Of a DNA stretch of 64,000 nucleotides, positions 1-16,203 are shown one piece after another. The stretch is from Sminthopsis crassicaudata (lineage: Eukaryota). The notes beneath the pieces are model-generated. The model did not search any database and was not told the origin of the DNA. It saw only the letters and a program-made list of their open reading frames with translations. The DNA lies in contig NC_133617.1 of assembly GCF_048593235.1 (NCBI RefSeq), forward strand, positions 71,446,937 through 71,510,936, read 5' to 3'. A program made the position numbers and the translations under genes. Each line of letters starts with the position of its first letter. Position 1 is the stretch's first letter.

Positions 1-595
1 TCAGTTCATTACTGCTCTATTGGAACTGATTTGATTCATCTCATTGTTGGAGAGAGCCATGTCCATCAGAATTGATCATCTTACAGTATTGTTGAAGTAT
101 ATAATGATCTCCTGGTCCTGCTCATTTCACTCAGCATCAGTTCATGTAAATTTCTCCAGGCCTTTCTGAAATCATCCTGTTGGTCATTTCTTACAGAACA
201 ATAATATTCCATAATATTCATATACCACAATTTATTCAGCCATTCTCCAATTGAGGGGCATCCATGTAATTTCCAGTTTTTGGCACTACACAGAGGGCTG
301 CCACAAGCATTCTTCCACATACAGGTCCCTTGCCCTTCTTTAAGATCTCTTTGGGATATAAGTCCAGTAGTAACACTGGTGGGTCAAAGGGTATGCACAG
401 TTTGATAACTTTTTGAGCATAGTTCCAAATTGCTCTCCAGAATGGCTGGATTCTTTCACAACTCCACCAACAATGTATCAGTGTCCGAGTTTTCCCACAG
501 CCCCTCCAACATTCATCATTATTTATTCCTGTCATCTTAGCCAATCTGACAGGTGTGTAGTGGTATCTCAGAGTTGTCTTAATTTGCATTTCTCA
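1..595 (-). mobile_element. LINE-1 fragment (ORF2 C-terminus and 3' UTR), 5'-truncated, runs off the window start
   Basis: ORFs 81-320 and 236-589 (MQIKTTLRYHYTPVRLAK...CWRGCGKT...W) are typical L1 ORF2 C-terminal sequence, broken by frameshifts; very similar to the copy at 3417-4000. Confidence 0.9.
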
Positions 596-2229
596 GAGAA
601 CCATTTCTTATAAGGATTAAAGGAAAAGTTCAGCACAATCAATCATTACATGTGAAAACATCTGATACCATCTGCAGTGTTCTTATATCCCCCCGCTTCT
701 GCAAAGAGCAGAAGAGGAGGTTCTTTGGGGCTAGAGCTAGGTCATTTTGATTTACCACATTTAATTTTGATTGTTCTGTTGTAGTTCCTTCCATTCATAT
801 TGTTTTAGGTACTGGCTCTATTTTCTGTTATATTTACCTCAGTATCATCAGTTCACTGAAGTCTTTCTGTGCTTCTCTGAATTCATCAGGTCTTAATAGC
901 ACAATACTATTTCATTACATTTATATACCAGTTTCATAGGATCACGTATCTAGAGTAGGAACCTTATATTGGCTAGTTTAGACCCCTCATTTTACTGATG
1001 AGGAAACTGAAGCTTAGAAAGTCACTTGCCCAAAGTCACACAGGAAATATATGGCAGATCTGAGATTTGTTTAGCCACTCTCCAGTTGATTTGCATCTAC
1101 TTTGTTTTCAGCTATTAAACAAAAAAAAAAAAATAAAAAAAAAATGCTGCTATAAATATTTAGGTTATTGTTATTAGTCAGATTCTCTGTGACCCTATTT
1201 GGGGTTTTCTTGGCAACTTTTGCCATTTCCTTCTCCAGTTCATTTTACGGATGAAGAAACTGAAACAAATAAGGTTAAGTGATCACAGAGCCAATGTTAG
1301 GTTGGATTTGAACTCAGGAAGATGAGATTTCCCGATTCCAGACCTTGGTACTCAATCTATTTCTCCATCTAGCTGCCCCATGCAAGTATATATGAGGCTT
1401 TTTTATCACTGATCTTTTTAGGGGGTAAATGTCTTACAGGGAAATCTTTGGGTCTGTGAATGTTTGGCACTCCAAATAATTTCAAATTGCTTTCCAGAAT
1501 GGCTGGATCACTTTATAGCTCCATTGACTCTATATTAGTATATTTGGCTTTCTATAACCCTTCCAAAGACCCTGGCATCTTTGCCAGTTTGCCAGGTATG
1601 AAGTGAAACCTCAGGGTTATTTTGATTTGCAGCTTTCTTAGCAATGTTGCACAGTAGGAAGGCCTAGGTTTATATCCTTCTGCCATATCTTGGCTACAAC
1701 TTGGCAAGTTACACAACCTTTCAGTGACTCTAAATCATTCTCCATGATGAGAAAGGTGCTCACCTATATTAGAAGGGAGTTTTCTTACCTAGAAGAGTTC
1801 TCTACAGTAATGAAATTGCAGGTCTAGCCCAAAATCCATTCTCTTGTTATTAGTGATTTGAAGATTTCTTTCATTTGTTAATAATTTACCACTTTTCTTT
1901 TGTGAATAGTTTCTTTGTATCCTTTAACCTGTGTATCCATTAGGAAATGATTTTTGTCATGTATTTTGGTGAATTATCTAGATCTTTCATATCAAATATT
2001 TATCAAAAATATTTGGTTCAAAGATATTTCTCAGTTGATTACTTCCCTTATTATCTCTTAGTTGCATTAATTCACAAAAAATTAATTTCATATGATAGAA
2101 GTAATCTTTTATGTAATCACTTCTCTTTTTTGATTAAAAATTTACCTCCTATACTAATTGTGAAAAGTATATATTCTACTTCCCTTCTAATGTTTTAATG
2201 GTATGATCCTTAATATTCAGATTCCATAT

Positions 2230-3041
2230 CCATAACTTCAAGTTGCAAATTACAAAAGAAACCCACAAAAATCAACAGCATCTCTATATAATATTAATGA
2301 AATGTAGAAGACAATAATAGAACAATTTAAATAAACAATTTAAAAGAATATTCATTGCTCATAAATGGGTTGTACCAGTGTAATAAAAATAACAAAGTTT
2401 ACAGATTTTAGCTTTACCCACCAATCTACCAATACTTTACAGATTGAGGCAAAATAATGAGACATAGAATATCAAGGAAAATAACAAAGAGAGGTAGAAG
2501 TGAAGGGGGAATAACATTTATAGACTTTAGTTTTAAAACAGCAATCATGACAAGGGTCTAGAACTATTAAAAAATAGAAAGAACTCTAGACAAGGAAGAA
2601 TTAGAAATAATTTGTTCAATACATGACAAAGAACAAATTCCCTGGGGGAAAAACTCCCAATTTGACAAAAATTTGAAAACAATGTAGACTAACTTCATAT
2701 ATGATAAATTCAAAATGGATCTGTGTCCTGAATAGCCATGATCACACTATTTATTAAAAAAAAAAAATTAAGAGGGGCAGCTGGATGGTAAAGTGCACTA
2801 GCTCTGGAGTCAGGAGGATCCGAGTTCAAATCTGACCTCAGATACTTAAAATTTACTAAACTGTGTGATCCTGGGCAAGTCACTGAACCTCAATTACCTC
2901 CCCCCCTCCAAAAAAAAAAAGACAAGAAGTTGATAATATATCTTTCACAGATATAGGTGGAAATGAATTTTGGCCAAAGCAAGAGGTAGAGACAATTCTA
3001 AAGGTAAAATAATTTCAATTACATGAAATTGAAAAGCTTTT
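2230..3041 (+). mobile_element. Older degraded L1 ORF2 fragments hosting a SINE and a younger L1
   Basis: A-rich, decayed L1 ORF2-like sequence (aaacccacaaaaatcaacagc, gataaattcaaaatggat); no intact ORF; boundaries approximate. Confidence 0.55.
2774..2900 (+). mobile_element. Short tRNA-derived CORE-type SINE (WSINE1-like)
   Basis: GGGGCAGC head, B-box-like GAGTTCAAATC, CORE segment (ctgtgtgatcctgggcaagtcac) and A tail. Confidence 0.8.
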
Positions 3042-3056
3042 GTCTAGGTTACTTTT

Positions 3057-4673
3057 TTTTTTTTTTTACAAGAATGATTATTTTTTTATTATTATTATAA
3101 CTTTTTATTTACAAGACATATGCATAGGTAATTTTTCAGCATTGACAATTGCAAAACCTTTTGTTCGAACTTTTGCCCTCCTTCCTCCCACCCCTTCCCC
3201 TAGATGGCAGGTTGACCAATACATGTTAAATATGTTAAAGTATAAGTTATATACAAGGCCAAACAGTTATTTTGCTGTACAAAAAAGAATTGGACTTTGA
3301 AATAGAGTACAATTAGTCTGTGAAGGAAATCAAAAACGCAGACGGACAAAAATAGAGGGATTGGGAATTCTATGTAGTGTTCATAGTCATCTCCCAGAGT
3401 TCTTTCACAGGGTGTAGCTGCTTCAGTTCATTACTGCTCTATTGGAACTGATTTGATTCATCTCATTGTTGAAGATGAATTGATCATCATATAGAATTGT
3501 TGTTGAAGTATATAATGATCTCCTGGTCCTGGTCATTTCACTCAGCATCAGTTCATGTAAGTCTCTCTAGGTCTTTCTGAAATCATCCCGCTGGTCGTTT
3601 CTTACAAAACAATAATGTTCCATAATAGTCATATACCACAATTTATCCAGCCATTCTCCAATTGATGGGCATCCACGTAGTTTCCAGTTTCTGGCCACTA
3701 CAAAGAGGGCTGCCACAAACATTCTTGCACATACAGGTCCCTTTCCCTTCTTTAAAATCTCTTTGGGATATAAGTCCAGTAGTAACACTGCTGGGTCAAA
3801 GGATATGCACAGTTTGATAACTATTGGAGCATAGTTCCAAATTGCTCTCCAGAATGGCTGGATGTATTCACAATTCCACCAACCATGTATCAGTGTCCCT
3901 GTTTTCCCACATCCCCTCCACATTCTGCATTATCTTTCCCTGTCATTCTAGCCAATTTGACCGGTGTGTAGTAGTATCTCAGAGTTGTCTTGATTTGCAT
4001 TTCTCTGATTAATAATGACTTGGAGCATCTTTTCATATGGCTAGAAATAGTTTCAATTTCTTCATTTGAGAATTGTCTGTTGACAATTTATCAATTGGAG
4101 AATGGCTTGATTTCGTATAAATTAGAGTCATTTTCTATATATTTTGGAAATGAGACCTTTATCAGAACCTTTGTAAAAATGTTTTCCTAGTTTGTTGCTT
4201 CCCTTCTAATCTTGTCTGCATTAGTTTTGTTTGTACAAAAACTTTTCAATTTGATATAATCAAATTTTTCTATTTTGTGATCAATAATGATCTCTAGTTC
4301 TTCTTTGGTCATAAATTCCTTCCTCCTCCACAGGTCTGAGAAGTAAACTATCCTATGTTCCTCTAATTTATTTATAATCTCATTCTTTATGCCTAGGTCA
4401 TGAACCTATTTTGACTTTATCTTGGTGTTAAGTGTGGGTCAATGCCCAGTTTCTGCCATACTAATTTCCAATTTTCCCAGAAATTTTTGTCAGTGAGCTC
4501 TTATCCCAAAAGCTTTGGGTTTGTCAAACACTAGATTATTAAAGTTATTGACTATTTTGTCCTTTGGACCTAACCTATTCCACTGATAAACTAGTCTATT
4601 TCTTAGCCAATACCAAATGGTTTTGGTAACTACTGCTTTATAATATAATTTTAGATCTGGTACAGCTAGGCCA
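3057..4673 (-). mobile_element. 5'-truncated L1 (1.6 kb) with 15-bp TSD
   Basis: Poly-T at the left end, then 3' UTR and ORF2 C-terminus (ORF 3567-3923); TSD GTCTAGGTTACTTTT at 3042-3056 and 4674-4688. Confidence 0.92.
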
Positions 4674-4929
4674 GTCTAGGTTACTTTTAATTAGAAAACT
4701 GGATTATTCAATAAATCAACTTATTAGACATTGTTGCTAAAACTGTGTCCCATAGGGTTAAATAAGAAATCCATCTTTCTCCTCTTTCCCTTATTCTTTA
4801 TTGAATCATCTTCAGCTCTTGGAGCTTCTTAAAGTTTAAAACATTTAGAGGAGCCCTTCACTACCTAGTTTGAGGTTTACATCAGCCACTGATAAATTCT
4901 GTCCCTAACTTTCACTGAACTGGTTCCTA

Positions 4930-4932
<3 letters not shown>

Positions 4933-4962
<30 letters not shown>
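4933..4962. repeat. (GT)15 microsatellite in the ACP5 intron, about 95 nt upstream of the acceptor
   Basis: Read directly from the sequence. Confidence 0.95.
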
Positions 4963-4964
<2 letters not shown>

Positions 4965-5035
4965 ACTACAGAAGAGACATCTGAAGCCTTGCTTATACTA
5001 CATTGCATCATGTATTCCCAGATTGTCTCATCTAA

Positions 5036-6481
<1,446 letters not shown>

Positions 6482-7002
6482 ACCCTCTCAACTTACATTG
6501 CCCAGCACCTTTTCTCATGTTTGGAAGGTCTTAGGAGATAATGGGAGTTCATTGAACCCTTCCCTGTTCTCTTTTAACCTCTTCCCTCCCATTTCCCTAG
6601 ATAAGCTCCTTAGGGAGTCTCTGGAAATGTAGCACTGGTAAGGCTAGTCTTCCTTGGGTCTCCCTTGGAATATGCCAGAGGCTGATTCATCAACCCTGCT
6701 CCCTGGAAGGCTGTGCTGGCAGGTAGGTGGAGTTTGGCTACTACTTAGAGAAGTAGGGAGGCCCATTGGATTTATCTAGGATATGGGCCTAGGTTCACAA
6801 AAAATCTGAAAGAGTTTTTGGTCCAAGAGGCCAAAGCTCAACACCAGCTGATGTGAATATGCCAGTGTGGATGAACAAATATTTCTAAAGAGTAGTTTTC
6901 CACTCCTATGTGATTGTTATCCCAAACCTGATCTTTGAGAGAAATTGGGATAAAGAAGAGAACTTTCTTTCCAAAGAAAGAGATTTTCTGTTGCTGCATT
7001 TC

Positions 7003-7008
7003 AATAAA
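7003..7008 (+). terminator. ACP5: Probable ACP5 polyadenylation signal
   Basis: AATAAA about 520 nt after the stop codon, followed by GT-rich sequence. Confidence 0.65.
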
Positions 7009-8317
7009 ATGATTGTTACAGAGGCTAAATGTGCGTGCATCAATGAGTGACACTTTTCTTGCTCTTAAATTTTATTTCTTTCCTTAGTTATTGTTGTTAC
7101 TCCTCTGGCTATTTCATGATATTACATCACCAGGATCCCACCCTCCTGCAGATGGAAAGGTTCCCAGCCTGTTTTTCTGAGCCAGTCCTGAGTCTAAAGA
7201 ATATCTCCATCTTTAAGAGGAAGAACTAAGTGATTTCACAGTAGTGGCCTATTATGAAACACAAATTAATTACAGAATATTATAAGAATATTCAATGAAG
7301 TGACACTAAGGTACTAATCCTTCAACTGCCATTTTAGTTACTAGATGACAGATACTATTTTAGTACAGCAGCTATATGGATTAAAAAAAAAAACTAAAAT
7401 GAATCAACTGAATATAGTGCAAAATCTTTACCGATAATTTATATGACATTTGCAAATAACTTTACAAATATCTCTTTTTATCCTCAGAATAATTCTGTGA
7501 GGTAGGTACAGTTATTATCTCCACTTATAAACGAGGAAATAGTCTAAAAAGATTTAAGTAACTTTCCCAGGGTCATATAGTGGCTAAAACAACATTAGAA
7601 CTCAGGTCTTCCTGTCTCTAGGTCTGACTAGAACTCTGTTCATTGAACTGCCAGGACACTTACTATTTGACAAAAATCTAATGGGAAAATTAAAAAACAA
7701 TTTCAGAAAAATTAGGCTTAAGTGAGCATTTTATAACATATACCATAATGAGCTCCAAATGGAAATATGATCTATGCAAAAAAGATAGATGAAATAAATT
7801 AAAGGAAAATTCACGGAAATAACAACGGATGAGGGAAGAATTCTTGATCAAACAAAAGAGAGAGAATCACAAGATTTAACCCAAAACAAATAGTTAAACT
7901 GGGAGGAGGGGAGGAAACTTTCCAGTAAATTTATCTGATATTATATCCAAGATAAATATAGCACTGATTCAAATATATAGGAACAGGAGTCATTCCCCAA
8001 TAAGATATAAAGTTTCCTAAAGAAGACATCCAAGCAACCAACAACTATATTTAGGAATGTTTATAGCAACTCTTTGTTATAGCAAAGAACTGGAAATAAT
8101 AACTAGAATTTAGATTTTAAAAAAAAGTTGGTGCTATCATATATATGTGTGTGTGTGCATAAATTTTTAAAAATCAAGCTACTTATATTGGAGTCATTGT
8201 TTTATATACAATTCCCTTTTCCTGGTCTTTGTATATTGAAATTTCCATGTTTGCTGATAATTTCTAGTTCAAAATACAAAACATAAAAAAATAAGTGATT
8301 TTAAATGTACACATTAT

Positions 8318-8362
8318 ATATACATATATATGTGTGTGTATATATATATATATGTATATATA
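8318..8362. repeat. (TA)/(TG) compound microsatellite
   Basis: Read directly from the sequence. Confidence 0.85.
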
Positions 8363-9236
8363 TATATGCATATATATATACATGAGTGTGTTATATAAAA
8401 AATAAAGATTTGCATTCTTTCAACTTCTCCCTTTCCTTCCTCAACCAGCCTGTTGTGGTCAATTAGAAAGCAATGAAGAGTTTCCCATAGCTGGAATGCA
8501 CTTCTTCCTCTGAATTTCTAGCTTTCTTCCAGGATCAACTCATTTATCACTTCCTATGGGAAGCCTTTCTTGATTCCCTTCAATTGGTAGTACTTTTTTC
8601 ATCTTAAAATTGTGTTGGATTTGTGTTATGTGTTTACACACTGTATCTCTAAACAAATGTATGATTCTCGAAGGCCAGAATCTTTTCTTCATATTCGTAG
8701 GACCTAACATATAGTATGCATTGTTGAACTTAGAAGATATAAGGTTCTGATTATATCTGCTTCTTTCACTCCTATTCATGTGTTTCTGAACAAAGCTAAA
8801 AAATTATGAAACTATGCTGACAAGGACCTCTATAAATATTCGTTATTTCTCAACCAAGCCTTCACTGTAACAACTGTAACATCTTATTTGATAGTAAAGC
8901 AATATCTCATTTTCTTCTCATGGTAACTCTGGAAGATAGGTGCTGCTATTATCTCCATTTAACAGATGAGGAAACAAGTTAAAAGAAGAATTTTTACCAG
9001 AAACAATTGAAGCAGAGTTTGAACTCAGGTCTGATTGACTCCAACTTAAGAGTTCTAACCACTGGCCTATCAAGCTGCCAAATGATCCTAGTTCTTCCTA
9101 ATTGATTCTTTGTCCCACCCACCATCGTAGCTATTCAAGCCCCTTTCCCCAAGCCTCACACAGAACTGTCTCCTCTTGCCCTTTCAGCTGAGAAACTTGT
9201 CTCATATTTCACTGACACACACACACACAAAATTGA

Positions 9237-11260
9237 GGGGGCAGAATTAAGATGGCAGAGTGAGAAGAAGCCTTGGAGTCTAGCTCTTCCTCCATACCTC
9301 CTCAACAAAGATCTAAAGAATGAGCCAGACTATTCTGATTGGGAAAGCCAAAAAGTCACATTAAGCAATTTTCCATCCCAGAGTTTAGGGAGACAGAGAA
9401 GTTTTCAGACACAGGAGAAAGGGACTAAGGAGGTACTTAGTCCAGTACTTAGGGACTAAGACTAAGACAGGAAGGAGATTCCTGAGCAAGTGCCGAGTGC
9501 AGAAATGGGTATGATTTGTCAGTTACCTACCACCTAGTGCTGGAGGAGAGAATTAGTTTTGAGCATCAGTCCCAACTATGTACTGAATGCTGAACAAGTT
9601 TCAAGAAACAAGTGGTAGCTGTGTGGCTCTCAACCTAGGAGCAGAGCATAGCATCCCAGACCAAAGTGGGGAGGCTACAGATCAGTTGACCTGAACTTGC
9701 AGAACTTCTCAATGGGCCACGTTGACTAGGTCAAGAAGTAATCTTTTGAAATTCCTAACCAGAAACAAAATGACAGAACCAAACCTGGGGCAGGAACTTG
9801 CAGAATTCAGACCAAGAAGGCAGTAAAAAGATCTCAACTCAGATCACACAACTATGAAGGCACTAAAAGCTTAAAGGCTCTCAGCCAGTGTAATCATGTT
9901 CTTCTCTAAATTATAATCTTCTCTGGGAGCAGGTTTCTTGGGGGCTTCTGGAGGCAGCCTTAGTTTCAGTTCAATTCAACAATCACCTCCAATGCAGCTA
10001 GGAGTTAAAGTCCAGATCCTTTGTTGTCTCCTTCCTTGAGCCCGGTTAACTTTCTTAGAGGCCTCTCTCTCTCCTTGGTTCTGAGAGCTCTTGCTGTTAG
10101 TCCTTCGTCTCTGCCAGCTTCAGCCTCTTGTCTTCCCAATGTCTCCAGCCAGCACAAAGATGGAAGTGGGAATGAATCTGACTCCACCTCTGAGAGTGGG
10201 CTTGTCCCGAAGTCCCTCCTACGTGAGGCTCTCTAAAGGTGTGAACTAATGTGAGAACTCTCTTAAAGGTGTGAACTCTATAATGGTGAGAACTAAGTAC
10301 ATCTTAGTACTCTATCAATTGCACTGACTGAGCACCTTGTTCTGGCCCATAACCAGAAGAAAAATGAATGAGATCAGAAACTCAAGCCAGACATCCCCAT
10401 CCCCATCCCCATCTTCCTAGAAGGGTGCAGAACCTGGCACTAACATAAAATCCAAAGTCAAAAAGTAGGCTCCCCAAAACAAAAAACAAAAACCCAAACC
10501 AAATGAGAAAAAAAAAAAAAGTTATCATAGCAACAGGGAAGTTCAAGACACAGAGAAGACAATGACTCAAAAAAAGAAATCTACAAGGAAAGCTGCAAAG
10601 ATAAAAATAATTTGGACATAAGTCCAACAAGAATTCCTATAAGAGTTATGATCTAAAGGAGCTAAAACAAATGATCCTAAAAACCAAGTGCGGGCAGAAG
10701 GTGAAAGAATAGGAAAAAAGACGAGTTAGAGAAGAAAGATGTGAGAAGAGAGCAGTATGGAAGATACAAAAACTATAGTGAATAAAATAACTCCTTGAAA
10801 ATTAGAATTGGTTCCATGAAATATTATTGTTCTGTAAGAGATGAAACAATTTGTTTGATTTGTTCGGAAAACAAACTTAGAATATGAATAATTGGACCAT
10901 GAACAAAAAAGAAACTAGATATCCTATATCAAGAAATCATGAAGAAAACCATCCAAATGGATTAGAACCAGAGGGTAAAATAGAAATGGAAAGAATTCAC
11001 TGGATATTTCCAGAAACCCCAAAATGAAAATTTGCAGCAAGACAAGAGCCCAAGTTCCCAAGGAAAAAGTACTCCAAGAAGCCAGAAAAAAAATTCAAAG
11101 ATTGAGGAGGAGCCGCTCTCAGAAGCGCGCGAGATTTAGCAATCATTGCAGAAATGAGCCGGGGAAGGACATGGCGAGCACTGGAGTTTCTTTGCTAAGA
11201 AAACGCAATGGGGTCCTGGAAAAGTTGTACGCCAGTGAAAAATTACAGAACATACAGGAA
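9237..11260 (+). mobile_element. Old L1 5' UTR plus decayed ORF1, interrupted by an LTR and truncated at its 3' side
   Basis: Begins GGGGGCAGAATTAAGATGGCAGAG, an L1 5'-end pattern. 10900-11260 translates with lesions to ORF1-like PEGKIEMERIH, EKVLQEARKK and KFKD*GGAALRSARDLA...RTW. Confidence 0.75.
9889..10352 (-). mobile_element. Solo ERV LTR nested in the L1 5' UTR
   Basis: On the minus strand it starts (TG)TTATGGGCCAGAAC and ends ATTACA; CCAG flanks both sides (9885-9888, 10353-10356); internal tandem duplication of AAAGGTGTGAACT...GTGAGAACT at about 10230-10295. Confidence 0.7.
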
Positions 11261-12650
11261 CATGCGCCTCGGCGCAGCGCCTGGCAACAGCGAGCCCAAG
11301 TGCCAACCAGGAGCCGGGCTGCTCGGTCCAGCTACGGGCAGGGACACTCAAAGGGGTGCATCCCCCGGAGGGCTGCAGGGGATTTTTTTTTTTTTTCAGG
11401 AGCTGTCATCTGCACTCGTGGAGGAAGCGTCCGCGGGACCCTTGAAACGCCTAGCTAGTGCTTATTTTCCTAGTTCAGAAGTGAGTTCCGGGCCCTGGGA
11501 ATGCCAGGACGGCGGGGAAAAGATCCCTCCCCGGCCCTGCTAGGGCTGGCTGGCTGAGTAACGGGGTGGGGGATTCCCACCTGCTACCCCCGCCTGGACT
11601 GAGGAGGGGCAGGGCCGCGCGTGGGAAACTAAAAGGCCTACTAGCCCCCAAAGTCCTTTTCTAGCAGCTGCGGCTCAGGCCACCCACCCTGAGGCATGTG
11701 GAGCCCCCCCCACACAAGCCAAACAGTCCGGGTTCCCTCTCTCTTCCTCCCAGACTTCTAAGCAGTCAACGGCCCCTCCCCCCACCTGAGCGGGAAAAGA
11801 AACTTCCGGCGCGCAGAACGGAAGCGAAAACTGTGACAGTTGAGGCCCGATAGAGAGAAGGGGGCCTGTTGCGCAGGCGCTTTTCTTCCTCCCTCACGCA
11901 AGGTGTGAATCTTTATCGTGTGGGCTTATGGGTATCTCCTTTTGCGCACGCGCCAGGGGGCGGGCCTGCGAGTTTGAAAGATCCTATTGGCGGCACAGGA
12001 CACAGGGGGTGGTGCCCGGCTTAACTTTCATCTCATATATACCTGTCTTTCTTTCCTCTGCTTATTCTAGCGCCCCGCATCAGATGTGCGAGTTCTAACT
12101 TCTCCGGGGCTGCCACAAGAGAAAGCTTCTCGCTTCCGCTTTGCAGTCGGAAGTTTGCTGTCCGGCAGGCCGACGCGGCAGTGATCGGGTTTGGCCGAGA
12201 GCTCGGAGAGGCCTTGCTGCCCGAGCGAAGCTCGGCCCGGCTGGACTCCGTTCCCTTCTCCGGCCCTCGGGCTTGACAGGTGAGCAGTCGTGAGGTCGGG
12301 GGTCCTGGGGGAAGGAAGGGGCCGCGGCGGCCGCAGTCGGCGGGGCGGGGGACGCGCTCTGGGAGAAGAAAGGGGCCTTTCTATGGGCCAGAGACGAGGC
12401 AGTTGTGGGGCGCGCTGGGGCTTGACTCCCTCCCCGAGTAAGTCCCCCGGCGGCGCGCCCAGCGACTCGCTCCGCCGGGTCGGGGCCTCCGCGTAGTTGC
12501 GGACACTTAGTTGTAAATACCCGGGTGGTGGGAACTTCTTAGAGCGGTCCTCGGACTGACGTACCGGGAGGCAGAATCGAGTCTGCCCACGTGGACTGCT
12601 TCCTTAGCAACCGTGCGTGCATCGCCCAGTTAGACCGGATCCGGGCAGGA
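11110..12650 (+). promoter_or_regulatory. ELOF1: ELOF1 CpG island, promoter and non-coding exon 1 (donor at 12280)
   Basis: High CpG density; ETS/GABP ACTTCCGG 11802-11809; NRF1-like GCGCAGGCGC 11871-11880; donor ACAG|gtgagc at 12279/12280. Confidence 0.85.
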
Positions 12651-13046
12651 AAGGACCTCAGATCACCTGGTCACCGCAGTTGTTTCTCAATGGGGAAACA
12701 GACCTAGAGAAAGAATGATTCGGCCTTATACCTAGTGAGTAATAGGGGGGGGCTCAGATTCTCCGGCCCCACAGCAGTTCTTGTTTTCTGATTGGAAAAG
12801 ACTTGTCTGTCCCTCGCTTCTTAATAAATCTTTGTATCAAAGGAAGGACCCACCAAGGGCCTCTGTGGGTGTATATATATATACACAAGCTGCCCTGGGC
12901 CTGCTCAGTCATCATTTGTTGTTTTATACATATATAACTAGACTTGAACAAGGTGTGAGAACAAGGGCCAGACAGAAGTTGTCGAAAATTCTGAAGTCTG
13001 GGGGAGCAATACGAGGGTCTGTATTGGAAGGAAGGAGCAAGACAAA

Positions 13047-13077
<31 letters not shown>

Positions 13078-14032
13078 CTGATTCAGAAAAGTCCTCAAAT
13101 AGACTGGGAGTGAACTAATTGGTCTCCTGTATTAAGTGATTTTTGTGTCTATAGCTAATTGGGCAACCAAGGCAAACTTCGCCCACCCCCAAAATCACCT
13201 CTCGATATCATCTTTAGATTCTAGTTATCTAGATGACGTCAAGATGAGAAAATGGATAGAGGGCTGGGCCTGAAAACTGTAGGATTTTACAAGTTTGGGA
13301 ATCCTGGGAGAATATAGAAGGATTTTGTAAGTTTTCTGCAGTTAGAATGGTTTGGTACAGGCCTGAAGAGACTTCCAGGCCTTGAAAATTGTGTAGTCAT
13401 AGGATTTAAAATGGGAAGTGACCTTAGGAGGTATCATCTTACTGAACAGGTGACTTATTCAAGGTCAGAGAAGCGAGTTAGTGGCAGGTCTGGGGTTCTA
13501 ATCAAGGCCTTCATTTATGGGTGATCAGTTTTGACATCCATATGGTAAATGTAATTTTCAACCAAAAAAAGAAGTAGATTTTTAGAAGCTGCAAAGTTTC
13601 TCTTTATCAGAGCATCTTGCATTTGACCGTTATGTTATCCTCCTTGGTCCTCTTGCCCTGGAGACTAGCCTGTGAAATTTGAACTCACTTTGATTCCCTC
13701 AGGCTCCTGAGGACTTGACACCTTTTCATTTAAGAGTTTATAAACCCCTACAATTCACACAGGTGTATGCTAGGTTATAGGGATGTAAGACAAAAATTAA
13801 AATTTGTGCCCTCAAGGATCTTACTTTGTGAAGTGGGATGGCAAACAGCATATGTATGTATACTAGGAGTTGAATCTTAAGGGATTTGTTATTTTCCCTA
13901 CCATGTAGCTTTGAACTTCAGATAAGTGAGGGCTCTTTTTGGCCTAATTGGCCATTTCCCTCTGAGGATTCTATGTCGCCTTTTCTATCCTTCCCCCAGT
14001 AACAACAGGGATATATCTATTTTTCCCTCTAG

Positions 14033-15474
<1,442 letters not shown>

Positions 15475-16197
15475 TGGCTTTGAGGACCTGGCCTGCTTGC
15501 TGCCAAGGGTGGGCATCCCATTGGGCCCTGAGTAGCTGGAAGACTTTCCTGAGACCACAAAGGAAGTGACTCCTAAACTTCAATTGTCCCCTCCCTAACC
15601 TGGGGCCCACCCCTCCATCCACCCCCATTCCTTCTCTCCAGAACAGTGGAAGAAGAATGGCTCCCTCTGTAGCTCTAGTCTGAGCTAGGCCTATACCTAT
15701 TCTTGAAGTTCTTGGACTGGCATCTATCTGCATTTGTTTGTAGGTGGGAGGGGCAGTGGTGGAAGGCACCAACCAAGCTAGGCAGCTGCCATGGGTCTCT
15801 GAAGGCTCGGGGGAAAGTCTTCTGTCCCCCAGCCCTCTTGAGACCAGACTTGGCCCCTCCCCCCAGGGGAGGTGCAGATACTGTGGCCTTACATCAGTCA
15901 GATGTGGCTGAGTTGTCTCAGAACTCCACCAGTACCTGGCTTCCCAGCGAGCAAAACAGCCAGGTCTGGGGGAAGAGAAGAACACAGGAGTGGCTCCTGC
16001 CACTGGGACTTAGCACTTGATTGGTTTTATCCTCTATCATTTTAACTGTAATCTTTCCTCCCCTTTCAGAAGTGACGATTTCAGGCTGTCCCTCCTGTCA
16101 GTTACTACAAATAATACTGACCTAGCTGAGAAAGATGGGGGTTTGGTGGGTTGACGGGGTAGGCAGGTGGAGGGAAAGGAACTGTTAGTGTCCCTTT

Positions 16198-16203
16198 AAT
16201 AAA
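16198..16203 (+). terminator. ELOF1: ELOF1 polyadenylation signal
   Basis: AATAAA about 720 nt after the stop, followed by T/GT-rich sequence. Confidence 0.7.

Noticed and set aside
81-4190. ORFs 81-320, 236-589 and 3567-3923, and their antisense ORFs
   Set aside because: Broken L1 ORF2 fragments or their reverse complements, not host genes.
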